DNA from: Podarcis muralis
Lineage: Eukaryota
NCBI RefSeq assembly: GCF_964188315.1
Contig: NC_135668.1
Location: 26,164,001 to 26,228,000 of the forward strand
DNA: 64,000 nucleotides
Direction: 5' to 3'
Shown: positions 33,242-46,428 of the stretch, in pieces
Layout: the number at the start of each line of letters is the position of its first letter
Position numbering within the stretch: position 1 is the stretch's first letter
Made by a program: the position numbers and the translations under genes
The notes under the pieces: model-generated
Databases searched by the model: none
What the model saw: the letters and a program-made list of their open reading frames with translations, nothing else
Told to the model about the DNA's origin: nothing

Positions 33242-36200
33242 CTTTATAAAAAAAATTAAAAGAAAAATTCTGTTGGAATACAGGTAATTTTATCCTTAAA
33301 CTAAACAACCAACATTGAATTATCATATCTGAACACATTTTAATGTATTTTCAAACAACAAAAAATTTGAAAATTAGTGATGTCAGAGGAGCATTTAAAA
33401 GGTATTGAGAAAATACCGGCCATTTTTCAAGATTGCTATAGAGAAGGACGTAGGCAGAATTTTTTACTTTAAACCACTAAAACAAGAAAGGAAATGTACT
33501 GGTTCAAGACACAGTCTTTATGATCATGAGATTCACAACAAACATACTATAGGGAATATATTATTTTTTTAAAAAAATCTATGAAAGAAGAAACATTTTG
33601 TTCTGAATTCATAAAGTTTTGTTCAATTTCGTACAATTCTGTGTGGTTACACATTTAATTCATAAGGTGCACAGCTGGTGAATACATCACTTCCCAAACT
33701 TTTAAGACTATGGGTTATGCTACATGCCAGTCAGGGGGAAAACTGAGTAGACCCATGGCTATCTTATTTTTATCCATTTCAATGTGCCTGCTCTGAGTAG
33801 AACTAGCATGGGACACAGCCCTAAATATTATTTAATTTGTTGAATTTGTGTGCTGCCCTTCATCTGAAGATCACAGAGCAGTTCACAACATAAAAATACA
33901 AATTTAGAACACAAAATACATAATATCCTCCCATGAACACATTTAAAAGGCCATAAAATGTTAATCAGCCAAAGGCCTGGTTATATGTAGTTCAGTCTAG
34001 TGAACTCCCACACCAATGGGCACTACACCTGGGTGTTATATAGGCTGTAATAGATGCAACAAAATGAAGATTTCAAATAGCTTAAAACGTAAGCAATACA
34101 GTACTACTAGGGGACTAAACAAGTTCTGCTGTCCTTACAGATTTAATAAGGACTGAAGAAGTCATGGGAAGGTGGGGGCAGAGAACATGGCTAGAAGGTA
34201 GGACTGGCTAAATACTAATTTATCTCAGCTTAGTCTTTGGTTATATGACTGGCCCCAAGATCCAAATGAAAAATGGATTTGTTTCATCTTGATCCCTATG
34301 AACATAGAATAAACAGAACAGCAAAAATTTATAATCCTGCTACAAATTCCAAGAGGAGTAAGTATTCCCTTCAAATTAATTCTCCTGATTTAAGAATGAT
34401 TATTCACTAGGTTCAATTCTATATTGACACCCAAGGGCAACCGGGTGTTCTGGATGGTCTGGTTTTGTAGCCCTTTCACATTTGCCACCTCCTTCCTGTG
34501 CAGTTCTTAACTGTACCCATCTGTTACACTGGGTGTGACTGTAGTCTCAAGTAATAGCATTTAATGAATGAGACAGCACCAATTATGGTGGAGAGATCTT
34601 CAGGGTTTAAACCGCTTTGAAGTATGTGGGGTTTTTACCATCAAGCAGTGTATAAATTTTATGAAATAAAATAAAAAAGGATGATTTTAAACTTGCAGCA
34701 GATTTGTCAATACAACAGAATGTTGTAATAATATTTTGGCTCTCGGGCAACACATTTTCTTGAAATTACAAATTCAGTTTTGAAGAAAACTTCAAATTTA
34801 AGCTAATTCATGAAATCATGTTGGCACTTCTCACAAAATCATTGTCCAAATATTATTAATGTACAAACGGTAAAATTATCAAGACCAGAGATTTCCTTAC
34901 TTCAGGTTATAGCATAGAAACCCTGCTGCAGCCAAACCTGAAACATGGAACTATTCAAAATTTAACGAGGAAAAAATCTAATAATAAAAGTGAGTAGTGA
35001 AGCTAGGACTCACGGAACACTTGACTGGTTTGCCCAGATATAAAAACATTTCAAGTGTTTTTCAGCCCCAGAAAAATTATTTTGATCTACCATTACCACA
35101 ATGTTCTGTAGATGCATCAGCATAGTAGAAGACCATAGCCAGACTTATGGTACATCCACAAAAACTCAGGGCAGCACTTGTCTCAAAATAGGTTATAGGA
35201 AAGCTATCTCCATTTCTAGACACTACTATCTGCTTTCTTCATTTAGTGATCCTATCCTCCAATATACTCTACAATTATGGCATACAGAGCAGCTTACCAA
35301 TCCTTTGTATCCATTTTTCATTGGGTCATTGCAACAAAAAACTGGTCAAATATAAATTCAGCCAAGTCAAGTCATAACCAAGTATTTAGTAATTAATGAC
35401 CTACACTAGGAGAGCAGAGATGAAGAACCTATGGCCTTCCAGATGTTGTGGACTACCAACTCCTATCAGCCCTAAACAGCATGGCCATAGGTCAGGGATG
35501 ATGCAAGCTGCAAGTCCCAACAAGAGCAAGGCCATAGGTTCCCTGTCTTAAGAGAAAACTAAAAAAAGTGTTTTGGATCAAGGTACTCTAATATTGAAGT
35601 ATTGACCTTCTTCCACATTTTATTATTTAGTACTTTCAGAAGGATATACCTCTACAAAGGTGCTCTTAAAATCAGCAACATTGTAAACTGAAGTAAAGGA
35701 TGCAAAATAAGCTCAGCAGCTTTTTAAGTGTGTGCACAGATATTTTAGGAAGCTATGCAGAATATTCAATACTTTGCTTCCTATAAGAAGACTGACAGTT
35801 GAAAGTAGCATGTAGAGGTCAAGAGAACTAATTAGCAGTGTTTAACAAACATTTACATTTTGGTCTAAATATAATGTTAAGCTTCAGGTTTGACTCGCAT
35901 GTTGATACTTTGCGAAGTGCCAAGATAAACACACATTTGGGTTATTACTAATTGCTACTGGCAATCCATGGTAGATACAGAACATGGAAAAGGAGAAGAG
36001 TAAAGAGACCGATGGTGAACAGAAATCTCTAAGAAACACTTTTGAACTTGTTAGCAACAGAAACTCGTGGGGTGAATAATGTAAAGAACAGTCAGCAGGA
36101 GATCACAAATTAAAGGCTGACTTAGAGCAATGTTCCAAGGAATCCTGTGTTTCCTCAGAAGCATAACAAGATCCAAAATGGTGGGCAAGCTAATTGAAAG

Positions 36201-38139
36201 GAGGACTGCTAGGTGAAGAAAGATAGCAAATTATGGATATCATATACCAATATTTTTACGGGGGGGTGTCACCTCTGGATTTTCTAAGACACCAAAATGT
36301 CTTGGACTGCCTCACTCTGGATGCCAATACCAAACTCCCTCCAATGCAACAGGCATAGAGGAATGTTGGGCAGGTTCTAATACATAGATCTCTGTGTCAT
36401 TCAGGCTTCATCATTGTCCATGTTTGGTGTTTGTCTACCCTAGAACATGCTCAGAATCCTATGCAACTTCTTGGTTGCTCAGCAGGCATGATGTGGAAAG
36501 CCTCCCCTGAAGACAGAAGGTTTGAAGGCACTGGTCTTGACAGAAGTTTATTGAAATATGGCACTCAATTCAAAGCAACCAATTCCAGATAAATGTTATA
36601 GTTTTGGAGTTAAGAATAGCTTGATAGCATAAAAAATGCTGAATAATAGTACTTTAGTACAGGAAGCACTTTCACCCAATGACTTATAGTTTCCAATTAT
36701 GAATCTAAAATCTACTGCTAAAGTGGAATTTCAAATATACCTATTTGAAGAATACTGCAGTATGCTTAAGAATAAGGCAATATGCTGAGAGTTATGCTTA
36801 GGAATTAGGAACCTAATAGATGCAAGAGTCAACACAAGGAAGTACCAAACAAACTTGAATGTCCTAAAAAGTCCCTAAGTGGCATGAGCAAATGAAACTT
36901 AAGTTCTGGTGGGGTGGTTAATCTGCAGCCCTCCAAATGCTGTTGGAATACAGCTCCCATAGTTCCTGACCAGTGGTATAGTGATAAGAGTTGAAGTCCA
37001 ACAACATCTGGAGGGTCACAGGTTCCCAATCTCTGCTCTGAGCAAAGCCACACAACACCTCATACCTTAACAGCTATTTTAAATCAAACCACATAAGTGG
37101 CGTCTGTGAAGCAACCACTCCATAGCAGAGCTACCATATACTGATCTAACACTAGCCTTCTCTATATATAGTGGGTCACTTTAGAAGAATGGCTATCCAT
37201 ATGAAGGCAACGTCCACTGCATGCTATTTAAAGTGGCTCTCCCGCACAAGTGCTACTTGTGTTCAGTATGAGAGCATTTCTTTTCTTTTAAGCAAAATAA
37301 AAATTTTCTTCTCCAAAGACAAAGGTTTCCCACCACTCTCAAATTAATTTAACAAGTTGGTACCCTGGGACAGTAGTATACATTTTGGATCACCAATCTT
37401 TGTGACTAGAGGAACAATAAGGGAAATAAAGCCTGGTCTTCCTAAACTTAAAGGAGTGTCTAGCATACCCTTCTTTCTGCTTACTGCACAAAAAGATGAC
37501 TGAAAAAATCTTAAGACGTATACAAGCCAGTATGCACATTCAAAAGGTTCAATTTAGCAGACAGAAAGTATTCTAGAATGCTTACAGTATTGCAAATATC
37601 ATAGCATACTTTAAAATTAAGAAATTTGTGTACTATATCTCTCACTAAGACTCACTTTCAGTCCCATAAGGTAGAGTGGCTAACTGATTTAACCACACAA
37701 TCCAGAGTAGTCTGGAACAGGCAACAATTTTAGTACTCTACATGCACAACGGATTTGAACTTGCATATCAACACACATGTTAATCATATAAACCAGCCCA
37801 CAAAACTGAACATTGACAGAATTAAGAAGAGTAAAGCTTTTCGTGGAGTAAACTAATTTGGGCTGCAAGTAGGGGAATCTTGCATTTGAACATCTCCCAT
37901 GTAAAAAACACCAGCACATATTACAGACTAGCCCAGAGTGCTAGGTTGTCCTTAGTAATTTCTATATAAGTGTACAAATGTGTAATTTCTCTCCCTGCAG
38001 CCTACAGTGGTTCACCCCAGAACAGGAATAGCCTATGTAGTACCCTCCAGATGTTGCTGGACTACAGAATCCGTCAGTCCCAGCCAGCATAGCTGATGGG
38101 AAGGGAAGATGGAAGTTTTAGTTCAAGAACAGTTCAACA

Positions 38140-41100
38140 CATGGGAGGTGTGCTGTCTTCTAGGTACAAAGATTCACAATGTGACAGAAAAGTTGCTGAG
38201 TCTTATAAAGCCCACTGACCACAACTCCTTCCTTCTGATTCATGTGGGTACAAACATTACTGCCAAACACAGCCTTTGATGTATAACAAGGGACTATGAC
38301 ACTCTGAGCAGTAACTAAAAGGTGAGCAAAGGTGTTTTTTTCATCACTCCTTCCAGTTGAAGAGAGGAAAATACTGGGAGAAAACCAATGGCTGCGTAGG
38401 TGGTGTCATCAGGAAAAGTTTGGCTCTAGGACCATGGCCTCTGCTTCCTTGAGGAAGGACTTCTGGCAAGAGATAAATTGCACCTCACAGTGGTTGGCAA
38501 GACTGTGTTTGCTAAGAATCTCGCAAACCTGATCAGGAGAGCTTTAAACTAAATCCTGAAAGAGTGGGAAACAATATTACATATGTCAGGGGAACACCTG
38601 GTACTGGGGATAATTAGTGTCATTGATGCACAGGAACCTGAGGTGGTACTACAGAAGCCTGCTAAAGGGAATGAAACAACAAGAAGGAAGCAGCTGGAGG
38701 GAACGGTTTCAGTTGTCTGTATACTAATGCACAGAGGATGGGAAACAAGGAAGATGATTTTGAGCTCTATACAGAATGGCAAATATGACTCAATAGGCAT
38801 TACTGAAGCCCAGTGGATGAGACTCATGACTGGAATGTAGAAATTGAGGGGTGTAACTAGTTTAAAAGGAACAGATTAAACAGGAAGGGTGAATAGCATT
38901 ATATATAAATAATGTGTACACCAGTGAAGAAATCCACAACCTGGAGCATGGAAGACAAGATTGAAAGTAAATGGGCAAAGACTGTAGGAGAGGGAAACAA
39001 TAGTGACCTTACTGTGGGTGTCTGCCACCTCCAAGGTAGCCTGAAGACTTGGATGTCTTTCTAAAGCAGATTACCAAACATTCAAAAAGGAGAGCTATAT
39101 AGTAGTCATGGGAGACTTCTACTACCCTAATATCTGTTGGAACTCGAACTCTACCAAGAATTTAAGGTCTCACTGACAAATCCCCTTCCCAGATGGTGGA
39201 AGAAGCAACAAGGGGCTCATCTATCTTGGACCTGATCCTCAATAACTGCTCGATGAGGTGGAAATTGTGGAAACCTTGGGGGGAAAGTGACCATGTCCTT
39301 GTGGGTTTCATGATGAAGAGACAAGGGAAAGTTGAGTGTAGTCCAAAATGTACTGTGGGCTTCTAAGAAGGCTTATTTCAAAAAGCTTAAGGAACTACTT
39401 GATGAGATATAGTCCAGTGTTTCCCAACCTTGGGCCTCCAGCTGTTTTTGGACTACAACTCCCATCATCCCTAGCTAGCAGGACCAGTGGTCAGGGATGA
39501 TGAGAATTGTAGTTCAAAAACAGCTGGAGGCCCAAGGTTGGGAAACACTGATATAGTCAACTACTCAATGGGAAGTCCAAGATGGACTTGAGTTTCTTAA
39601 AGGTGAAATACTGAGGGCACAAGTGCAGACAATTCCAACAAGAAACAAAAATGGGAGGTACAAAAGAAGCCAGTGTGGTTGCATAAGGAGCTAACAGATG
39701 AGCTGAGATTTAAGGAGGACATGTATAATAAATGGAAGGATAAATATCAAAGGAAGAGTATAAATGAATAGCCAACACTTGCAAGGAGAAGGACGGGTGG
39801 ACTAAAGCTCAGGCTTGCAAGAGAGGTTAAAAATAATAACTAAGTTTTCTTTGGCTATGTTTGAAGAGGAAAAACAGGTGGTAGGTCCTTTGCGTGGAAA
39901 AGACGGGGAAATGCTATTAGGTAACAGAAAGGCGGAACCACTCAGCAGCTATTTTGCCTCAGTTTTCACCAAAAAGGAAAGCAGTGCTCAATCTGGTGAT
40001 AAAAGATGCAAGAGGGAGTTGCAGCCCAAGATAGGAATAGGTAGTAAGGGAACACCTAGCTACTTTAATGAATTCAAATCTCCAGGGCCTGATAAACTGC
40101 ATCCAAGGGTACTAAAGGATCTTGTAGATGTAATCTCAGAGCCTCTGTCTATACTATTTGAGAATCCTTGGAGAACAGGTAAGGTCCCTTCAGATTGGAG
40201 GCAGACAAATGTTGTCCCCATCTTCAAAAAGAGGAAAAAAGAAGACCCAGATAACTACTGACCAGTCAGCTTGACGTAGATACCAGGAAAGATCCTAGAA
40301 CAGATAATTCAACATTTGGTCTGCGAGCTCTTGGAAAAAGATGCTGTGATTACCAAGACCCAGCACGGGTATCTCAAAAACTAGTTATGCCAGATGAATC
40401 TTTCTTTGATAGGAGTTACAAGCTTGGTGGATCAGGAGAATACTGTGGATGTAGTGAATCTTGATTTTAGTAAGGCTTTTGACAAAGTCCTTCACAATAT
40501 TCTTGCGAGAAAGCTGGTAAAATGTGGGTTGAATGAGGAAACTTAGGTAGAATCGTAGCTGGTTGACTGACAAACCCAGAGTGCTAACTAATGATTCCTC
40601 TTCATCCTGGAAAAAAAGTAACGAGTGGGGTGCCACAGAGTTCTGTCCTGGGCCTGCTGTTCAACATCTTTATAAACGACTTGGATGAAGGAATTGAAGG
40701 GATGCTCATCAAGTTTGCAGATAAAATCAAATTAGGAAAGATAGCTAGTGCCACAGAATATAGAATTGGGAGAACTGGGCCAAAACTAGCAAAATAAATT
40801 TCAATAGGAACAAATGTAAGGTTCTACACTTAAGCAGTAATAACCAGCTACACAAATATAAGATGGGCAACACCTGGCTTACCAGTAGCACATATGAAAA
40901 GGATTGAGCATGAAACCACAAGGATATCATGAGTTAAAATGTGATGCAGCAGCAAAAAAAGCTAATGCTCTTCTAGGCTGCATTAACAGAAGTATAGTGT
41001 CCAGATCAAAGGAAGCAATAATACCACTCTATCCTGTCTTCAGTTCTGGATGCCACTGTTTAGAAACAATGTTGGCAGGCTGCAACATGTGCAGAGGAGG

Positions 41101-41538
41101 GCAACCAAGATGATCAAGAGTCTGGAAACTAAGCTTTATGAGAAACGGTTGAGGAAGTTGGGTGTGATGTTTAGCCTGGTAGAGAGAAGACTTGAGAAGA
41201 AATGACAGCCATCTTCAAATATCTAAAGGGCTGTTACACGGAAGATGGAGCAACCTCATTTTCTCCTGCTTTGGAGGATAGGACCTGAACCAATGGATTC
41301 AAATTAAAAGAAGAAAAGGAGATTCCGGCGAAACAACAGGAAGAACTTTCTGACATTAAGAACTGTCCAACAGTGGAACTGACTCCCTCAGGTGGTTTGA
41401 CTCTCCTTCCTTGGAGGTTTTTAAGCAGAAGTGGGATGGCCATCTGTCATGGATGCTTTAGTTGAGATTCCTGCATTGAAGTGAGTTGAACAAATGACCA
41501 TCTGGGTCCCTTCCAACTCTACAATTCTATGATTCTGT
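38140..41538 (+). mobile_element. Degenerate ~3.4-kb CR1 LINE (ORF1 esterase remnant, ORF2 endonuclease and RT remnants, 3' tail) in CHASERR intron 4
   Basis: EVCCLLGTKI..LLIHVGTN (SGNH-esterase-like ORF1), [52 protein letters not shown], ending ccttccaactctacaattctatgattct. Many stops and frameshifts. Confidence 0.9.
39415..39550. mobile_element. Palindromic hAT MITE inserted into the CR1
   Basis: CAGTGTTTCCC...GGGAAACACTG termini and exact 8-bp TSD ATATAGTC. Confidence 0.9.
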
Positions 41539-41737
41539 GAACATCTGAAGAGCACCGTGTTGGTTGCTGTAGCTCTATAAGTTTTACCAGTTGATTCTAC
41601 TAATTATCATTGTTGAATGGCTATTTTAATCAAGATTAAAATTATAGATCCAGAGATCCATAATTTAAGACATTTCCATAAAAATATCCAACATATATGA
41701 TTAAAAAAACTTTTTAAATCACAAGAAAGCGACTTAC

Positions 41738-41788
41738 CAGTGCTTCAATCAGCATCAGATATTTTACACATCCAGATCTTCAACATAC
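41738..41788 (-). ncRNA. CHASERR: CHASERR exon 4 (51 nt)
   Basis: Acceptor catgtctttccag|, donor CTG|gtaagt. Confidence 0.65.
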
Positions 41789-42266
41789 CTGGAAAGACAT
41801 GTTTTAACACACTAGATTCATTGAATGGATTTTAAATACGTCAGCAACATGATTCTGTCAACATCTACAAAGAAGTCAAGCTATTTGTTTAGTGAGTGTT
41901 CTTTCCCTTTAAATGAAGTTCAAAACTGAACCCAAAGCTAAATCCTATCATCTGTCCCCCAAAATTGTACACCCCAGTATGTATCAGGTTTTGAATAGCA
42001 GCCTACAATTTTCACATCATGATAAGCTTCATCTGTCAAAAATTATCATCAAATTGACACCACCACAATATAAAATTTATCCTGCAAGCTTATTTCCCTG
42101 TCCTATTGTTCCATAGCCAAACCTGAAGCATAATACAACAGAATGAAGCTGAAGAATTTCTGGAAGCAAAACAGAGGAACCACCACTGTACTATTATGAC
42201 GTGCAGCAGCACTAGAGTTAGGGTGATACGGACAGTTCCCTTGCACAGGACACTGAGCCAAAGGGC

Positions 42267-42301
<35 letters not shown>
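42267..42301. repeat. (TAA)n microsatellite
   Basis: Direct reading. Confidence 0.9.
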
Positions 42302-42303
<2 letters not shown>

Positions 42304-45300
42304 CACCTCCATTAAAAACAGCTGTACCAAAGGGAATTGTTGTAAAAAGAAATATTTTGTGGGACAGCAAATTTTGCCCTCGCTCAGGGTACAACATTAC
42401 CAGAATTTGCCCTGTGTGCAGAACTGCTTAAGATACAAAGTGACCTTGTGATTGCATTGCCTTTACAGCCAGTCTCCCCCCCCCTTTTTTTTTTTTTTAG
42501 GAGGAAGAGGTGAAGCAATTTCAAGTTGCAAATTTGCCCTCCAGAAGTTGCTGGGACTCCAGCTTCTATCACTCCTGACCACTGACCATGCTAGCTCGAG
42601 CTGAGGGGATTTGGAAGCCAACAATATTTGGAGGGCCAAGAGGTTCCCTATCACTCTTAAAACCTCATTTCAAAGGTGAAATATACTATAGTTTGTCATC
42701 TGTTTTCTAAACAGTCAAAGTTGTTGGTAATTAAAATATTCAGCACTTGACTCACGTTCTTCCTTCATGGGATCTCATTCCACAATCTATTCTGACTATA
42801 TTATACACACAGAGACTCTCTCTCACACACACAAACACATTTAACCAAGATTTGGGCCAGATAAACTGTTTCCAACATACAATACTGTTAAAACATCTTT
42901 ACCCAAATGTAAATCTAAAAACAGTATGGGAATTAGCACAGGTTTTGTAAGTATGTTGCCAATTTGTAGCTAAAATATAATACAGCAGAATCCATTTGTT
43001 TTGCTGTGCGCCAAAGAAAACACCAGGCTTCTTAGCGAGTTGAGTTCAGTTAGAAATCAACCTCAAGTACGAGTGTCCTGTCCCAGAGTACTTTTTCAAC
43101 ACAAGTCCCACAAATTCACAGAACTCATTTTCAGACAGCTGTGCTTAAAAAACAATTTTGGCATATACATTATTAAGTCACTTGACGCTTTAGGTTTTTC
43201 TCTTATCTGCCATTGTTGAAAAGGCTTTAGTTTTAGAGATTGGAACAGGAATAAGAAGAATGAGCAAGAAGTTCAAGACATCATAAAAAATTAATAGTAT
43301 GATCTCACCATGTAGCAGACCACAATGAGATCCCCTGGCAAACCTTAATTTCAATATATAAAAGTAGAACATTTCCAAAAATATACATTAGAGGTTTGGC
43401 TGTGCTGGGGATTTTTAATTTCTGGAGAAGTTATTGTATTCAGACCAAACAAGCTACTAAGATTATTTCATTCACAAATTCGGGAATAAAGTGTGGTATA
43501 AAACACATGACACTAAATACATTCAAAGGACAAGATAACTTAAGGTAACATAATTTTAATATTTTCTGATGTTAATAACTTGCTACTTCATTCAGAACTA
43601 TTTAATTACCACAGCCAGGTAATTTCCAACAAGAAAAACTATAAAACTTAGAAATGGGGGGAGCCCCTGCTTTGGACCAGGTATTTAAATATCCAAATAG
43701 CTCCTCAACTCAATCTCTGAATTACATATACAAGCACTTATCTTCCAGTTGCACCACAGCTCAAGAGAGCACAGGTGTTTTTCAATGTCCTGTCACATGC
43801 CATGGGAATTAATCTAGAATACTAAAGGGATTTATGTAAGGTTTTTGCAGTTGAATCCAGAGCACGGACTCAATCAAATAAACTTTGTGCATTTCCCTCT
43901 GAACTTTCAACACTAAAATATCATGGTCTGTGTTCTATGATATTCACCAGAGTGGCACAGGAAATATAAATTTATCTTTTAATTAAAAGCAGATTTGTGA
44001 GTGAGTTTTACATCAAAGAATGTTTTTAGGTATTCTGTAAGCCGCCCAGAGTGGCTGAGGAAACCCAGTCTGATGGGCAGGGTATAAATAATAAAATTAT
44101 TATTGTTGTTTTTAAAAGGTGGAATTCCTGTATTACTATTAAAACTACTATTTAGTTTACAGTATATCATTCCAGTCAGGTGTACTGGACATAGTACAGT
44201 ACCGACTTAAAAACCTTGGAGACCTGGGTCACAAAGCTTACTAGGTCACCTTGGGCCAGTTACCATTTTACTTTACAGGGCAACTATGAGGATGAGAGGT
44301 GGATACTGACACCAAATTGAGCTCTGCAGGGGAAATTAGAAGAAAAAATATGGGACTTCTATAAAGTAAATAATATTTATGATCAAACTGTTCAGTTGAA
44401 TGTAAGTCACATACGTACCGGGAAGAACTCTTCTACAAAAGATGTGACAGTTTTCAGCTAAGGGTTCCCAATTTAAGTCCATTTTATTTAATTACGATTG
44501 CAATCCTATGCACATTCAAGAGTCCAAGTCACGACTGAACTCAGTAGAAATTACTTACGTGCAAACATGCATCCAATTCCATTGTGTGTTTTACATTAGC
44601 ATTATATGTTTATTTAATTCAATTTGGTGCCCTTCAGATGTTTTGACCCTAACTCCCATCAGTCTCTGGCAACACAGGCAATGCTAAGTAAGAGATGAGA
44701 ACTATACTCCAGCAACATCTGTAAGGCACCACGTTGGGGAAGACTGCATTACAGGTTTAAATTGCACTAAGGATGTTGGTGCATTTTAATAAGAAATATT
44801 TTTGAATATTAAATAATTATTTCTAAACAAAGCAGCACTGCTTTTTGCTATTGTTCAGTCAAAACATTAAATGCCTTTAAAGAAATAAATTTAGTTTGAA
44901 AATTGTGTCAACCATCAGACTTGGGATTCCAAATTTGTCTTGCATTTGATTTATAGCGTTTTACTGTGCTCTTCAGTTGAAAAGGCTCCACAGTAGCTTA
45001 CAAATATGTACATTTACTTAATATATTAACTACCTTAAAACAACGCATTCAAAAATCAGTGACTGAGCAAGACAGAACATAGTTGAGATTACCAAAGTGC
45101 AGATATCCAAAAGTGCAGTAACAGGATGTACTTTACTGTGGTGGTCTTCAGTTCTGTATATGACGCAATGCATTAAGAAATGGGATTACTGGAAATCAGC
45201 ATCAGAAAATGGGATCATGTCATGGCTTAAAGTATAGGCTGGGGTGTCTGGTTAAAATCTCTGCTCAACCTTAACACGTTACGGGGGGCATTAGGCCCCA

Positions 45301-45636
45301 TAATCTGTCCTATGACTTGTTGAATGATTGAGCTAATATATGCCAGTCATTTTGAGCACTTAAGTGCTATATAAAGCTACGCATTTATTCCAAGCTACTT
45401 TCATTTGTAATGCTAAAACAATATTCGTATTTTCTAGTACCTCAGTTGTTTAAAAAGAGGTATGTATGGTTGATGCCTTGTTTAGAAGATGACATGGGCA
45501 ATACTACCCAGGGCCTTTGAAGTTGTAAGTATTTAATTTAAAGAGAAGCAAGAACTCTGTAAAAAAAAAACTTGCAAGCTGCAAACCGCAGGAGATACAA
45601 AATAGCTATTATTAGAAGTTGGGTAAACTAACATAC

Positions 45637-45705
45637 CTGAAGGGCATAACATGTTTTCTTCTGATGCCATCTGAATCTTCCCAGTTACCAGAATCCTGAT
45701 GCGAT
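45637..45705 (-). ncRNA. CHASERR: CHASERR exon 3 (69 nt)
   Basis: Acceptor tatgtttccttaaag|, donor CAG|gtatgt. Contains CAGATGGCAT. Confidence 0.62.
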
Positions 45706-46355
45706 CTTTAAGGAAACATACAAATTTGTGTTAAAATAGGAACACACAACACAGCCAACTGCGCTGTTGAGCATGAGTGTTTTGTTCCAAAGAATAACAA
45801 AATTTAAAAACTTTTTAAACAGTTACAGATAGGTCCTACATTCCAATAACATTCTACTGAGGTGTTTATTGGAATATACTTTAAGTAAATATATGTTGTC
45901 TTCTCTAAAGTTAGATTGGGTATTCAAGGTCGCCCATCCTTTTCTTCTCAATGTTGAGATTCATTTTCTTGCCCACTGCATATTCACTTCCTAAAGTTGC
46001 AATCTAATTCCAAATATGTCTAAATTTAGAAGTAAATGCCACTTATTTATCACTGGCTTCCTGAAGCATATCCTATTGCTACCTTCGATAAGCCACTTAC
46101 TTAGAAAAAGTCCTGTTGATTTTTCAATTGAAAATATTTCCAATTAGGTATTCTCACTATTCGTTTTATTAGTCAGAAATCTTAGATTTATTCTTTATTC
46201 AATTAAAAATGAAGAAGATAAATAGAAACAACCACACTGCATTCAATTTTAACAGAATTCATTATTTCATTCTTATTAGGGGAAATTATATACAACTAAT
46301 CAGTATACTGAAAACAGTGTACAGAACAAAAAATGAAGTTCAAAACCATTCTTAC

Positions 46356-46428
46356 CTTAACAAACAGTAAGTCTGTACAGGTCATCTGAAACACAGTTGT
46401 TACAGAAGTAGTAAACATTCACGAATAC
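46356..46428 (-). ncRNA. CHASERR: CHASERR exon 2 (73 nt; alternative internal acceptor at 46385 gives 30 nt)
   Basis: Acceptor ctttccttgtttag|, donor AAG|gtaaga. The internal tgtgtttcag| is also plausible. Confidence 0.6.

Noticed and set aside
45130-45230. C/D box snoRNA in CHASERR intron 3 (similar candidates near 4620-4695 and 36320-36414)
   Set aside because: No proper RUGAUGA...CUGA pair at suitable spacing with a terminal stem. A snoscan or Infernal run would be needed to exclude it fully.
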